From assembly GCA_038207085.1 (NCBI GenBank), contig JBBRAE010000002.1, forward strand, positions 96,001 to 160,000: a stretch of 64,000 nucleotides of DNA. The letters are read 5' to 3'. Made by a program: the position numbers and the translations under genes. Source of the stretch: Armatimonadota bacterium. Its GTDB lineage: Bacteria; Armatimonadota; UBA5829; DTLH01. The notes below the pieces were generated by a model. The model was not told the DNA's origin and searched no databases. It worked only from the letters and a program-made list of their open reading frames with translations. Position 1 is the stretch's first letter; each line of letters opens with the position of its first letter. Positions 18,094 through 28,788 of the stretch are shown here, in pieces.

Positions 18094-19113
18094 TTACTCG
18101 ACCCCGCTCAGGATGAAGTTTTCACGAATCTCGTCGAACTCGTCAAGCGCGCGTCCGGTGCCAAGCGCAACGCAGGAAAGCGCATCTTCAGCTACATGTA
18201 TCGGGATGTTGGTCTCGATCGCGAGGAGCTTGTCGAGCCCCCGCAGGAGCGCTCCGCCGCCTGTAAGCATCACACCGCGCTCGATGATGTCGCTTGCAAG
18301 CTCCGGAGGCGTGATCTCCAAAACACTCTTTACCCGGTCTACCACGGTGCTTACCGGTTCGGAAAGCGCCGCGCGAATCTCTTCGCTCGTCACCTCAACG
18401 GTTTTAGGAAGCCCCGCGACCATATCGCGGCCTCTGACCTCAAGGGTCATCTCGGTTGCGAGCGGATAGGCAGAACCTATCTTGATCTTGATCTCTTCAG
18501 CGGTGCGCTCACCGATCATAAGGTTGTAGCGGTTCTTGATGTGGCGGGCGATAACCTCGTCCATCTTGTTTCCGCCCAAGCGAATCGAGCGGGCTACGAC
18601 GATGCCGCCGAGCGAAATCACAGCGATATCGGTCGTTCCGCCGCCGATGTCGACGACCATGTTGCCGCCAGGGGTGGAGATTGGAAGCCCTGCGCCGATC
18701 GCGGCCGCCATCGGCTCTTCAATCGGGTAGGCCTCGTCGGCTCCGGCGCTTTTGGCAGCCTGGATGACCGCGCGCTTCTCAACGCTTGTGACGCCCGAAG
18801 GCACGCATACGAGGACTTTGGGCTTGAAAAATCGCTTGCGTCCGCAGACTTTGGCGATCAAATACTCCAGCATCTTCTGGGTGGTGGTATAGTCGGCGAT
18901 TACCCCGTCGCACATGGGACGCACGGCGACAATATTGCCAGGAGTCCGCCCGATCATCAGGCGTGCCTCCTCACCTACTGCAAGAACTTTTTTGGTTGTC
19001 GTTGAGAGAGCAACTACACTCGGCTCCCGAAGGACTATGCCCTTTCCCTTCAAGAATACGACTATATTTGCAGTCCCCAGATCAATTCCGAGCTCCGGGA
19101 CTAAACTGAACAC
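18094..19113 (-). CDS. mreB: Rod shape-determining protein, MreB/Mbl family
   Basis: [36 protein letters not shown]; position after murA resembles mbl. Confidence 0.95.
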   Translation of the reverse strand: MFSLVPELGIDLGTANIVVFLKGKGIVLREPSVVALSTTTKKVLAVGEEARLMIGRTPGNIVAVRPMCDGVIADYTTTQKMLEYLIAKVCGRKRFFKPKVLVCVPSGVTSVEKRAVIQAAKSAGADEAYPIEEPMAAAIGAGLPISTPGGNMVVDIGGGTTDIAVISLGGIVVARSIRLGGNKMDEVIARHIKNRYNLMIGERTAEEIKIKIGSAYPLATEMTLEVRGRDMVAGLPKTVEVTSEEIRAALSEPVSTVVDRVKSVLEITPPELASDIIERGVMLTGGGALLRGLDKLLAIETNIPIHVAEDALSCVALGTGRALDEFDEIRENFILSGVE

Positions 19114-20387
19114 AGAGCGTTACCTCTACTTTCCGATCCTTCTCTTGCCACATTGCCGCCAAGTGCCTGAAGCTTCTCGGCCATGCACTCATAACCGCGG
19201 TCGAGGTGCTCCAGCCCGGTGATTTCGGACTGTCCCTCGGCTGCAAGCGCAGCGACCACAAGGGCGGCTCCGGCTCGAAGGTCACTTGACGTAACCTGAG
19301 CTCCGGTAAGCCGCTCCACACCCTTTATTATAGCAGTTCTGCCGTCCTGTTTGATGTCAGCGCCCATTCTCTGCAGCTCGCTTATATACTTGAACCTGCG
19401 CTCGTAGACGTTTTCGGTGATGATTGACGTGCCCTGCGCGACAGCCAGGAGCGCGGCAAACGGCTGCTGCATATCAGTCGGGAATCCGGGGTGGGGCATC
19501 GTCACAACGTCGGTCGCAAGTGGACGGGCGTTTGCGCGGACGCGGATCCAGTTGTCTTCGGCGGTCACAACCGCTCCGGCCTCGCGAAGCTTGAGTAGGA
19601 ACGGCTCAAGGTGCTTTAGGCAGACCCGCTCGATTCTTACGTCGCCCTGGGTGATCGCGGCTGCTACGGCGAAGGTGCCTGCTTCCATGCGGTCGGCGAT
19701 GATCTCGTGCTCCACCGCGCGAAGCTCCTGGACGCCTTCGATTTTGATAGTAGTAGTCCCCGCGCCTTCGATTTGTGCGCCCATTTTAACAAGAAAATCG
19801 GCGAGGTCGGTGATCTCGGGCTCCATCGCGGCGTTTTGGATGACGGTTACGCCCTGGGCAAGGCATGCAGCGGTCATAATGTGCTGGGTCGCGCCTGCGC
19901 TTGGGAAATCGAGATAGATCTCCGAGCCCTGCAGCTTATCTGCTTCGGCCTCGACAAACCCGTGGCCGGTGGTGATAAACGCGCCCAAGGCCTGGATGCC
20001 TTTTACGTGGAAGTCGATCGGCCGCGCACCGATGTCGCACCCGCCGGGCATCGCGACTCTTGCGTGACCCATGCGGGCGACAAGCGGGCCAAGGACGTTG
20101 AATGAGGCCCTCATCTTACGTACGAGCTCGTACGGGGCTTCGTTTGAAAGCAGTTCGGTTGCGTCGATTGCGACGGTCGAGCCGTCGGTCACTTCGCACT
20201 GGGCTCCAAGTGAGCGGAGCATTTCGACCATTGTATAGATATCACCGATCCTCGGAACGTTTGTGAGGACGGTGCGACCTTTTGCAAGGAGTGTGGCAGC
20301 CAGAATCGCGAGCGTGCTGTTCTTGCTGCCGCTTGCGTTGATGCTTCCCTTAAGCGGGACGCCACCATTTATAACAAGTTTGTCCAA
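19101..20387 (-). CDS. murA: UDP-N-acetylglucosamine 1-carboxyvinyltransferase
   Basis: [39 protein letters not shown] start after GGAGG. Confidence 0.98.
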   Translation of the reverse strand: MDKLVINGGVPLKGSINASGSKNSTLAILAATLLAKGRTVLTNVPRIGDIYTMVEMLRSLGAQCEVTDGSTVAIDATELLSNEAPYELVRKMRASFNVLGPLVARMGHARVAMPGGCDIGARPIDFHVKGIQALGAFITTGHGFVEAEADKLQGSEIYLDFPSAGATQHIMTAACLAQGVTVIQNAAMEPEITDLADFLVKMGAQIEGAGTTTIKIEGVQELRAVEHEIIADRMEAGTFAVAAAITQGDVRIERVCLKHLEPFLLKLREAGAVVTAEDNWIRVRANARPLATDVVTMPHPGFPTDMQQPFAALLAVAQGTSIITENVYERRFKYISELQRMGADIKQDGRTAIIKGVERLTGAQVTSSDLRAGAALVVAALAAEGQSEITGLEHLDRGYECMAEKLQALGGNVAREGSESRGNALCSV

Positions 20388-20892
20388 TATTTGATAACCT
20401 CCTGTAAGAGGAGGCCGTTGCTCCTCTCCCAGGCCCTCCCTGTGAGCACAGATAATATACTTTTTGAGGCAGCGCACACAGCGCCACCGGCTCAAGTATA
20501 GATGAAGGCCGGGACAGTGTCAAGCAACGCGCCCTATCCTCGCGTTAATTATTCACCAAACGCCTGTAAATTTGCTCATTTGGCACTATGTAGACGCGAC
20601 TTAGACACAAATAGCGAGCATGTCATCACCAATTGTACCCATTGGTTAATGGCTGCTAAGCACAGTGTCCGCCGGTCCGGGTCTTGGGCAGATGCGGCAG
20701 GGCGTCGCCGAATCGCCGGTTTCTATTCATTATAACGCGCAAACCCCCTGAAAGGTTTACAATCTCATCTATTGCGTTTTGACGGATTCTGAGCGTGAAA
20801 GTTCCCCTCTTCCATTAGGCGGCCTGTTTCTGCGATAATAGAGGGTTGAAACAACATGAACAGGTAAAGTGAATATGGAGGTATGAAACGCT

Positions 20893-21723
20893 ATGTCCTG
20901 TGAAAACAATGGCCTTGCCGGTGAGTGGGGCCTTATACTCGGATCTTCAAGTGGGTTCGGCGCGGCGTGTGCAATCGAGCTCGCCAAGTCCGGGATGAAC
21001 ATCTTTGGGGTCCACTTTGATCGAAAGCCGACGATGCCGGTCGCCGAAGCTACGATCAAGGCGATCCGAAACGAAGGGGTTGAAGTAGAGTTCTTCAACG
21101 TAAACGCAGCCGACGCCGAAAAGCGCGCGATGGTGATCGAGAAGATCGCGGAGAGGCTTTCCCCCGAGGGTAAGAGCCTGCGCATGCTCCTGCACTCCCT
21201 TGCGTTTGGGAGCACCCGGCCCTATGTCTCGTCGACCCCCGGCGAGCAGACCACCCGCCCGCAGCTCGATATGACGCTCGACGTTATGGCGAACAGCCTC
21301 GTCTACTGGACGCAGGACCTCGTCACCCGGGACCTTCTGGGCTACGGGGGAAGGATCATCGGAATGACCAGCGCCGGAGGCGAGCGCGTTTGGCCCTACT
21401 ACGGCGCGGTCTCGGCGGCAAAGGCGGCGATGGAGTCCCACATCCGGCAGCTTGCCTTTGAGCTTGCCGGCAAGGGGATTACCGCAAACGCGCTTCGAGC
21501 GGGCGTAACCGACACCGCTGCGCTTCGCAAGATCCCAGACCACGAGATCATGATCCAGTTCTCCGAGGCCCGCAACCCGATGGGCCGCCTCACCGTGCCC
21601 CAGGACGTGGCAAACGCCGTGGTTCTCCTGGCAAGCCCGAGATCCCAGTGGATCACCGGCAACGTCATAGGAGTCGACGGCGGCGAGTTCATCGTGGACT
21701 GCGGACACTGCCGCATCGAGTAG
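20893..21723 (+). CDS. SDR family oxidoreductase (enoyl-ACP reductase FabL-like)
   Basis: LGSSSGFG, YGAVSAAK (Yx6K), ITGNVIGVDGG. Confidence 0.85.
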   Translation: MSCENNGLAGEWGLILGSSSGFGAACAIELAKSGMNIFGVHFDRKPTMPVAEATIKAIRNEGVEVEFFNVNAADAEKRAMVIEKIAERLSPEGKSLRMLLHSLAFGSTRPYVSSTPGEQTTRPQLDMTLDVMANSLVYWTQDLVTRDLLGYGGRIIGMTSAGGERVWPYYGAVSAAKAAMESHIRQLAFELAGKGITANALRAGVTDTAALRKIPDHEIMIQFSEARNPMGRLTVPQDVANAVVLLASPRSQWITGNVIGVDGGEFIVDCGHCRIE

Positions 21724-21858
21724 AAACTATGAATAGAGTTGCTCTGCCGGGGTTTGCTCCGGCAGAGCTTGGGAATAATGTGAAGTACGACGGGTTGCGC
21801 ATTGTCGCGATTTCCTATAGAATATCTGTACATTATTGTTCACATTTGTTACCATTCT

Positions 21859-24345
21859 ATGAAAAACATCGATGACAGGATAAGAAGAGCAGTTGAAATA
21901 GTGGCCGATGAGTCGACCGAAGTGGCGGCGTTGATAGACACCGCGGACGACTTCCGCATCGTCTGGGCAAACCGCAGGCTGAAAGATTTTTTGAAGACCG
22001 CCGCGGTTGCTCCAGAAGGTATGCGCTGGGGCGGACGCTGCCCGTTTGCCTTCGGCATAAACGCGATCGCGGCGATGAACCAGGTCATCGCGACCGGTGA
22101 GCCGATTCACATCGAGGAGCAGCCGTTTGGCGCGCGTGTCTCGAACCGCTTTGGCGAAACCACCTACTGGAACTGGAAAATCCTGCCCGCCCCAAGTGAT
22201 GAATGTCCCTCCTGCGTGCTTGTCATGGCCGAAAACGTGACCGATCGGGTCGCCCGGAAAGCCCTGGAGCAGGGTAGGGAGCCGCATTTCAGTGGGGTCG
22301 TCCTCGATCTGCCCGTCGGGGTCGCTACAATAGACCCCCACGACTACCGAATTCTCGACGCAAACGATATCTGGCTTTCCTATCTGTCTCCCGAGTGCCA
22401 GACGCGCGACAGCATAGGCCGGACTCTTCCCGAATGTGTGTCGGACTTTGAGGGCAGTGGACTAAAGCCCATTATTGAACGTGTGGTCGGGACACGGGAG
22501 CTTTTCACCGCCAGCGAGCTTGAGATCAAAGACCCCGCCCGCGGCTCCATCTGGTGGAACATCACCCTTAGGTTTGTTGAGGTCAAAGAGAGCCGCGAGG
22601 CCATTCTAATGACCGCATGGGACGTGACAGAGCATGTCAACGCCCGAAAGCTTGCCGACTCAGCCCGTCAGCGGGCGCTGGCGCTTTTGAAGGTGCAGAC
22701 TGCAATCACTTCCTCGCTTGCCCTCGACCAGATGCTTGGTCTGATCACCGATTCCACCCGAGAGCTTGTGAGTTCGACCGCTGCCGCGGTGCTGTTGCTC
22801 ACCGAAAACGGTGAGGAGTTTCTCGTTCCGGTGGCCAGTAGCGGCATGTCGGTGCAGAGCGCGTGCGTTGTCCCGCTCGATTTGCACTCAAGTCTTGCGG
22901 CGCGGGCGCTTCGGGAAAGGCGACCGGTGACGCTTGTCGGCCCTGAGGCTGCAAAGCTGCAGTGTTTGGCCGGGATTCTTGATGGCAGGCCGGTTCTCTC
23001 AGTTGCGTCAGCTCCGATTGTGGCCGAAGGCCGGATGCTTGGAGTGATAGAGGCATACTCGGACGCACAGCGCAGGTTCACCAACGACGAACTTGAGGCG
23101 CTCCACAGCCTTGCGGGAAGCGCGGCGACGGCGATCGTCAACGCGAAGCTTTTTCAGGCATCAAGCGACGCCCACGACGAGCTTGTGGTGCGCTCGCGGA
23201 CTATTGACAACGAGCGAAAGCTCCTGATCGCGATTCTCGACAGCCTGCCGGAGGCCGTCGCAGTTGCCGACGCAAGCCGCAGGCTCGTGCGGGCAAATGA
23301 GGCCGCGCGCAACCTCTACACAGCTAAAGAGGGCGAGGAGCTTTCCATCACTGATCTGACCGTGCGCATGCGACCCCAGTCAGTCGACGGCCGGGATCTA
23401 TCTCCTGAGGAGCACCCGCTGCTGCGGGCTTTGTCGGGCGAGGCGTTCTTGAACGAAGAGTACGTTGTCCACGATGTGAGTGACGAACCCCGCTTTAGAA
23501 GTGTGAGTGGCGCCGCAGTGCGCGACCCAGTGGGCAACGTCGTCTATGGCGTGACCATTGGGCGTGATATCACCGAACAGAAGCTTTTGCAATCCAGGCT
23601 TGAGGCTGCGCTCGAGCGAGAGCAGAAGATCGCCCAGACTCTGCAAAGGGCGCTCATGTCCGAGGTCCCCGCGTACATGAGCGGCTTCAGACTTGCGGCG
23701 GTCTATGAAGCGGGCCTGCGGGAAGCGGAGATCGGCGGCGATTTTTTCGATATCTTTTCCCCGCGCGCGGGGACTGTCGCAATCGTGATAGGGGACGTCG
23801 CGGGCAAGGGCCTCGGCGCGGCGATCCAGATAGCCTCGGCCAAGTACGGCATCAGGAGCTACGCCTACCAGGACGCCTCCCCCGCGCACGTCGTCGCGTT
23901 GATGAACGAATCGATGTACCGCGAGCCACCCGATGGCGGGTTCGTCAGCATGTTCTATGCGATTGTGGATGTAGAGGCGCAGACCCTCACCTTTGCAAAC
24001 GCGGGGCATGAGCCTCCTCTGCTTCGCCGAAGAGGTGGGCAGGTGGAGCGACTCTTGTCAAACGGCATCGTACTCGGCGTTCGCTCCGGGATGGAGTATG
24101 AAGAGGGCCGAACCGACATCTACCCCGGCGACAGGCTGCTCCTCTACACCGACGGCATCACCGAGGCGCGCAAGGATGGCGGAGAGATGCTCGGCGAGGA
24201 CCGACTGCGCGAGTATTGGAGCGCGTGTGGCGAGGCCAACGCCGCCGATGCGCTCGACCGCGTCTACCACTGGGCCCGGGACTTTTCAGAAGGCCACTTC
24301 CACGACGATGTCGCGATGATGGTCATCGCGCGGGAAGATGGGTAG
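21859..24345 (+). CDS. PAS-PAS-GAF-PAS SpoIIE/RsbU-type PP2C phosphatase
   Basis: IGGDFFD, GDVAGKG, ANAGHEPP, YTDGITEAR, DDVAMM; N-terminal sensor domains. Confidence 0.93.
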   Translation: MKNIDDRIRRAVEIVADESTEVAALIDTADDFRIVWANRRLKDFLKTAAVAPEGMRWGGRCPFAFGINAIAAMNQVIATGEPIHIEEQPFGARVSNRFGETTYWNWKILPAPSDECPSCVLVMAENVTDRVARKALEQGREPHFSGVVLDLPVGVATIDPHDYRILDANDIWLSYLSPECQTRDSIGRTLPECVSDFEGSGLKPIIERVVGTRELFTASELEIKDPARGSIWWNITLRFVEVKESREAILMTAWDVTEHVNARKLADSARQRALALLKVQTAITSSLALDQMLGLITDSTRELVSSTAAAVLLLTENGEEFLVPVASSGMSVQSACVVPLDLHSSLAARALRERRPVTLVGPEAAKLQCLAGILDGRPVLSVASAPIVAEGRMLGVIEAYSDAQRRFTNDELEALHSLAGSAATAIVNAKLFQASSDAHDELVVRSRTIDNERKLLIAILDSLPEAVAVADASRRLVRANEAARNLYTAKEGEELSITDLTVRMRPQSVDGRDLSPEEHPLLRALSGEAFLNEEYVVHDVSDEPRFRSVSGAAVRDPVGNVVYGVTIGRDITEQKLLQSRLEAALEREQKIAQTLQRALMSEVPAYMSGFRLAAVYEAGLREAEIGGDFFDIFSPRAGTVAIVIGDVAGKGLGAAIQIASAKYGIRSYAYQDASPAHVVALMNESMYREPPDGGFVSMFYAIVDVEAQTLTFANAGHEPPLLRRRGGQVERLLSNGIVLGVRSGMEYEEGRTDIYPGDRLLLYTDGITEARKDGGEMLGEDRLREYWSACGEANAADALDRVYHWARDFSEGHFHDDVAMMVIAREDG

Positions 24346-24425
24346 GGAGTGCAGAGCAAGAAAAGAGATCGTGCCTAGTCTCCCGACTAGGCACGCGCAT
24401 TTAAGGGGGTCTCCTGACCCCGATT

Positions 24426-25178
24426 CTACTTGTTGATCTTCACGACTTTCAGATCAAACGTGCCGTCGTCCCTGAAATCTCCGATTATGTAGTGAAAAAA
24501 CGGCTTATCCCCGACTAGTGGCGCGCCCGCGCCGCCGGTTGTAACGTGGACGACCTTGTTCTTGGCGCCTCTGAAGTAGTTGTGCCAGTGCGCGCCTAAG
24601 ACCACTTTTACCCCGCTTGACTCCACAAGCGAGAGCACGCGTTCGCGCTCCGGGTTTTCCATGACATGACCGCCGGCGGGTGGGCACCAGAGCGGCTTGT
24701 GGACGGCGATTGCGACGTATTCGTGCGCGGATTTGGCGTCGACGAGCTCGCGCTTTAGCCACGACCACTGAATGTCACCAAGTGTTTTGCGCGAGTTGTC
24801 GAGGAATATGAAGCGCCAGCGCCCGACCTGCTTCGTGAAGTAGGCGGGGCCGACCATCCGCTCGTAGCGGGTTGTGTCCCGGCCACGCTCGTGGTTTCCG
24901 GCGATCGCGACAACCGGGACCTTCACTTTGGCTATAGTGGCGTTGTAGTTCTCGAACTCTTTTTCGCTTGCCCCGCCGGTCATATCCCCAAGATGCATGA
25001 AAAGCGCGAGGTTGGGGATCTTGTTCGACTGTTTGACGATCTCCGGCAGCACGCCGCGTGTGTCGTTTCTGCTGTCGCCTGCGATCAACACCTTTTCGGC
25101 AAACGATGGGACAGCAAGAACAGCAGCGGCGATGGAAAGTGCGATTATGCGCCTTAGCGCTCTTTTAGTTTGGTCCAA
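24426..25178 (-). CDS. Secreted calcineurin-like metallophosphoesterase
   Basis: GDSR, HLGD, AGNHE, AHWH; signal peptide. Confidence 0.9.
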   Translation of the reverse strand: MDQTKRALRRIIALSIAAAVLAVPSFAEKVLIAGDSRNDTRGVLPEIVKQSNKIPNLALFMHLGDMTGGASEKEFENYNATIAKVKVPVVAIAGNHERGRDTTRYERMVGPAYFTKQVGRWRFIFLDNSRKTLGDIQWSWLKRELVDAKSAHEYVAIAVHKPLWCPPAGGHVMENPERERVLSLVESSGVKVVLGAHWHNYFRGAKNKVVHVTTGGAGAPLVGDKPFFHYIIGDFRDDGTFDLKVVKINK

Positions 25179-25882
25179 GGTTCTATCTCCAAAAAGCTTC
25201 CCGGGATGGTCTCGACCATCTCGATCAGCATCCCGTAGGTGAATGATATCGTGAGATAACGTTTGTCTTCTTTGGGCCGGGCGGCGGGGTCGATCATCCC
25301 GATTATCCCCTTTGGCTCGGGTTTCCCGATCTGCGCCCGAGGCTCGGAGACGATGCTTCCGCAGCCCGAGGTCATCGGCGCGATCACCGCGTCTTTGCCC
25401 GTTCTTCCGTAGTTCGCGAGCCAGAATAGCCCGGAGAACTGGTCAGGCTCGGCAAAGAAAATCACGACTTCAGGCTCGACGCTCTCCGGCACGTCTTGGA
25501 GCCTCTGAAAGACGCAGTAGTCGCCCTTTGCCGCGACGTACTCGAAGCTCTCTATAAACGAGCGTGCGAGCTCCGGCGTCTTTTTAAACCGCTCGCCTTT
25601 GCCCTCTTCGTCGTGGGACAGAAAATACTCGAACCCGGGTCGGGTATTGGGCTCCCAGCCCAGAAACTTCGCTGCGCCCATGCAGCCGGGGTTGTCCTTG
25701 TGGATGACCATCGGTTTGCCAGAGCGCACAGCCCCAAGCCTGCCGATGTGGCAGAAGTGCGGCCCTTGGCAGTTCCACTCAAACGCGCCTGCGATCGCAT
25801 CGTTCGTGTAGTATACCGCGACAGGCGGTGGTAGCGTGCCGATCGCTTCGGTTATTTTCTCACTAAGCTCTTTGTGGGTCAT
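25154..25882 (-). CDS. DUF169 family protein
   Basis: PVAVYY, GCMGAAKFLG, SGCGSIV, GMIDPAARP. Confidence 0.8.
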   Translation of the reverse strand: MTHKELSEKITEAIGTLPPPVAVYYTNDAIAGAFEWNCQGPHFCHIGRLGAVRSGKPMVIHKDNPGCMGAAKFLGWEPNTRPGFEYFLSHDEEGKGERFKKTPELARSFIESFEYVAAKGDYCVFQRLQDVPESVEPEVVIFFAEPDQFSGLFWLANYGRTGKDAVIAPMTSGCGSIVSEPRAQIGKPEPKGIIGMIDPAARPKEDKRYLTISFTYGMLIEMVETIPGSFLEIEPWTKLKER

Positions 25883-26015
25883 GGCGTAACCTCTCACTTT
25901 AGATTATTACTCAATGATACCCCTTGTGAGACGTGTGCGCAATTGGGTAATTAATATTGGGTAGGAAGATCAGACTCAGTCGTCTTGTGCTGGGTCTGTT
26001 CGGAGGTAAATTGAG

Positions 26016-26495
26016 ATGGAACAGCTTAAAGAACGCGAGCTGATGCCGGGTTTCCGGCTTCATTCTGTGCGTGGTGATATTGTCGGCCCGGATGACTACC
26101 GAGGCCAAAAGAACTTGCTCTTGGTGTTTTTTGCAATCGAGTGCGAGGAATGCGGTCAGTTTCTTGAGGACGCGGCAGAGCGTTATGATGATTATGTAGA
26201 GGCAAACTCGGAGATTCTGGTGATTGGCGACGCTCCCGAGTCGGACCTGCGGGACATCTCAGAGGGGCTGCATCTGCCGTTTCCGGTGCTCTCAGACCCC
26301 GAAGGGGTGGTACTGAACCAATATACAAACGGCATTCCGACTCTGATCGTCCTCGACCGATACGGCGAGATAAAGATGATCAAGCGTCTGGCGAACGGAG
26401 AGCACATTCCCGACCAGGATCAACTGCTCACGCAGCTTCAATTAAACGAGCTTGAATGCCCGGAGTGCGGCGTCACAACGTGGCCTGTAACGTAA
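26016..26495 (+). CDS. AhpC/TSA (redoxin) domain protein
   Basis: CEEC, LPFPVLSDP, LDRYGE; extra C-terminal CPECG. Confidence 0.85.
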   Translation: MEQLKERELMPGFRLHSVRGDIVGPDDYRGQKNLLLVFFAIECEECGQFLEDAAERYDDYVEANSEILVIGDAPESDLRDISEGLHLPFPVLSDPEGVVLNQYTNGIPTLIVLDRYGEIKMIKRLANGEHIPDQDQLLTQLQLNELECPECGVTTWPVT

Positions 26496-26561
26496 ATAGG
26501 TGAGATAAAATGTTGGGGGTTGGGGGCCGGCAAAAGAACCGACCCCCTTCTTTTTTGACTA

Positions 26562-27608
26562 TTACAGCGTGAGCGCCTGCCAGACCGAGTCGTCTGCAAG
26601 CCTTGCGGCGATATCTATTCCATAGAACTTCTCAACCGGCGCGAGCACCTCGGGGTTCATCTCCCACGTGGCTCGTGCGGCGCTTCTGACAGCCTCGACC
26701 CCGGCCCGGCTCATCTTGCCAAGCGGCATCCGGCAGAGCCCCGAAGGCATTCCGAGGCCGGTCATAAGCGTCTTGATCGCGACCGGGTTTCTGTAGCGGT
26801 CGACGACCTTCACGGTCTCACCGTTTGGAAGCGTGCGCTCGTTTTCGACCTTTACCGTGACGACCCCGCAGAGCGGAGCGATCGCCCCCGCGAGCTTTTC
26901 GGCCTTCGCAGTGTCGCCCGCGAGTGCGGCTGAGATCATCTGCGCGACGGCTGCGGGCACAACGTTTGTTACGACCGAGATCGTGCCGTTTGCCATAACC
27001 GAAGGGTTCGTAAGCATCGTATAGGTCAGGTCGTCATCGCCTGATAGAATCGAGAAATCCTTGCCGCAAAGCGCGCGGGTGCGTGCCATGCGACCCAGGT
27101 CGCCTGTCGCTTCTTTGACCGTGCACAGGTTCGGGAACTCGGCTGCAAGTATCGCGATATCCTCGGGCAGGATCACCGTGCCGGATCTGCCGGGGATCAC
27201 GTAGGGAATCAGCCCAAGGTTCGGGAACCGCTTTGCGACCTCGGCATAGTAGTGATCTCGAAGCTCCCGCGAGGACGGGCCGTTGTAGTAGCAGTCGACA
27301 AGAAGCACGGCGTCGGCTCCGGCGTCCGCGGCGTGCTTGGTGCTTGTGATGCACTCCGAGGTGGAGTTGCTCCCCGTACCGGCGATGACCTGGCATCGTT
27401 TGCCAACGACCTCGATCGTATTTTCGATCACCTTGCCGTGTTCCTGCCAGTCAAGGGTAGGCGACTCACCGGTAGTTCCGACCGGGACAACACCGGTGAT
27501 GCCCTGAGAAATCTGGAACTCGACGTTTTTCTTCAGCCCGTCCCAGTCAACGCTAAAGTCGTCAAGCATAGGTGTCACAAGTGCTGTATAGGCTCCTTGG
27601 AGCTTCAT
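26562..27608 (-). CDS. dapA: 4-hydroxy-tetrahydrodipicolinate synthase
   Basis: GTTGESPTL, IAGTGSNST, VKEATG, LSGDD. Confidence 0.92.
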   Translation of the reverse strand: MKLQGAYTALVTPMLDDFSVDWDGLKKNVEFQISQGITGVVPVGTTGESPTLDWQEHGKVIENTIEVVGKRCQVIAGTGSNSTSECITSTKHAADAGADAVLLVDCYYNGPSSRELRDHYYAEVAKRFPNLGLIPYVIPGRSGTVILPEDIAILAAEFPNLCTVKEATGDLGRMARTRALCGKDFSILSGDDDLTYTMLTNPSVMANGTISVVTNVVPAAVAQMISAALAGDTAKAEKLAGAIAPLCGVVTVKVENERTLPNGETVKVVDRYRNPVAIKTLMTGLGMPSGLCRMPLGKMSRAGVEAVRSAARATWEMNPEVLAPVEKFYGIDIAARLADDSVWQALTL

Positions 27609-27731
27609 TTCCCGTCCTCCTCTGCAAATGGCGATTTCTGCCGTTTGCGATCTGACCGTGCTTTTGGGCACGAATTTCACTCTATTTTACGGGAATTACC
27701 CACGGTTTGGCAAGTTGAGCGTGCTCCCCGT

Positions 27732-27758
27732 GATTAAGCCCGCCGCAGTTGCGGGTAT
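27732..27758 (+). promoter_or_regulatory. sigmaB/sigmaF-type promoter (one mismatch)
   Basis: GATT-N17-GGGTAT upstream of the TerC gene. Confidence 0.5.
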
Positions 27759-27793
27759 TGTCGAGACTGCAGGCTTCTTGAGGAGGAGTAGAC

Positions 27794-28744
27794 ATGGACA
27801 CTGGCAACCCCATACTCTGGTGGGTGCTCTTCAACATATTTATTCTGGTGTGCCTTGCGATTGACCTCGGTTTGCATCGCAGGGCGCATGTGATCGGCAC
27901 GCGCGAGGCGCTCCTTTGGTCCGGGATCTGGATTGGCCTTGCGATGCTTTTCAACCTCGGGCTCTACTACTGGAGAGGTCCCGACGTTGCCCTGGCGTTT
28001 TTGACCGGCTACATGATCGAAAAGTCGCTCAGCGTCGACAACGTGTTTGTCTTCTATCTGATCTTTTCCTACTTCGCCGTCCCAGCCGCCTACCAGCACA
28101 AGGTGCTATTTTGGGGAGTGCTGGGCGCAATCGTGATGCGGGCGATTCTGATCTTCCTTGGGGTCATCCTGATTCGCCAGTTCCACTGGATAGTCTTTGT
28201 TTTTGGCGCACTTCTGATCGTCACGGGGCTTCGGATGGCTTTCTCGCATAGTTCGGAGGTGCACCCCGAGCGAAACCCGCTGCTTCGGCTCGTGCGACGG
28301 ATGGTGCCGGTTACGGGTGAATACGTCGAGGACAATCTGTTTACCCGCCTGAACTCGCGACTTGTCGCGACCCCGCTTTTCATCGTGCTTGTGGTGGTCG
28401 AGACAACTGATCTTATATTTGCAGTCGACTCCATTCCGGCGATCCTTGCGATCACGACCGACCCCTTTATAGTCTACACCTCAAACGTGTTCGCGATCCT
28501 CGGCCTGCGCTCGCTCTATTTCGCGCTGGCGGGCGTCATCCCGATGTTCAAATACCTCCACTATGGGCTTGCGGTAATTTTGGTATTTGTGGGGGTGAAG
28601 ATGCTTGTTTCGGACTTCTACAAGATTTCTGTGGGGACGTCGCTTGGTGTGGTGGGCGTGTTGCTCGCGATTTCGGTGATCGGTTCGCTGCTGTTTGCCC
28701 CGAGGCCCCCGGGCAGCTTGAGAGATAAAACGCCTCAGCCGTAG
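27794..28744 (+). CDS. TerC/Alx family membrane protein
   Basis: EKSLSVDN, FAVDSIPA, SNVFAILGLRSLYF. Confidence 0.95.
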   Translation: MDTGNPILWWVLFNIFILVCLAIDLGLHRRAHVIGTREALLWSGIWIGLAMLFNLGLYYWRGPDVALAFLTGYMIEKSLSVDNVFVFYLIFSYFAVPAAYQHKVLFWGVLGAIVMRAILIFLGVILIRQFHWIVFVFGALLIVTGLRMAFSHSSEVHPERNPLLRLVRRMVPVTGEYVEDNLFTRLNSRLVATPLFIVLVVVETTDLIFAVDSIPAILAITTDPFIVYTSNVFAILGLRSLYFALAGVIPMFKYLHYGLAVILVFVGVKMLVSDFYKISVGTSLGVVGVLLAISVIGSLLFAPRPPGSLRDKTPQP

Positions 28745-28788
28745 ATTTGACTCCACGGCTGAGGCCTGGGCGAGTGGGTTACCAATCG

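Noticed and set aside
21752..21776. GTTT-N15-GGGAAT promoter before the PP2C gene
   Set aside because: The spacing is shorter than at the other sites and it overlaps a terminator-like hairpin after the SDR gene, so it was not counted in the regulon.
27690..27793. yybP-ykoY riboswitch before TerC, or lysine riboswitch before dapA
   Set aside because: The intergenic space is short and holds divergent promoter motifs; the conserved aptamer motifs could not be recognised.
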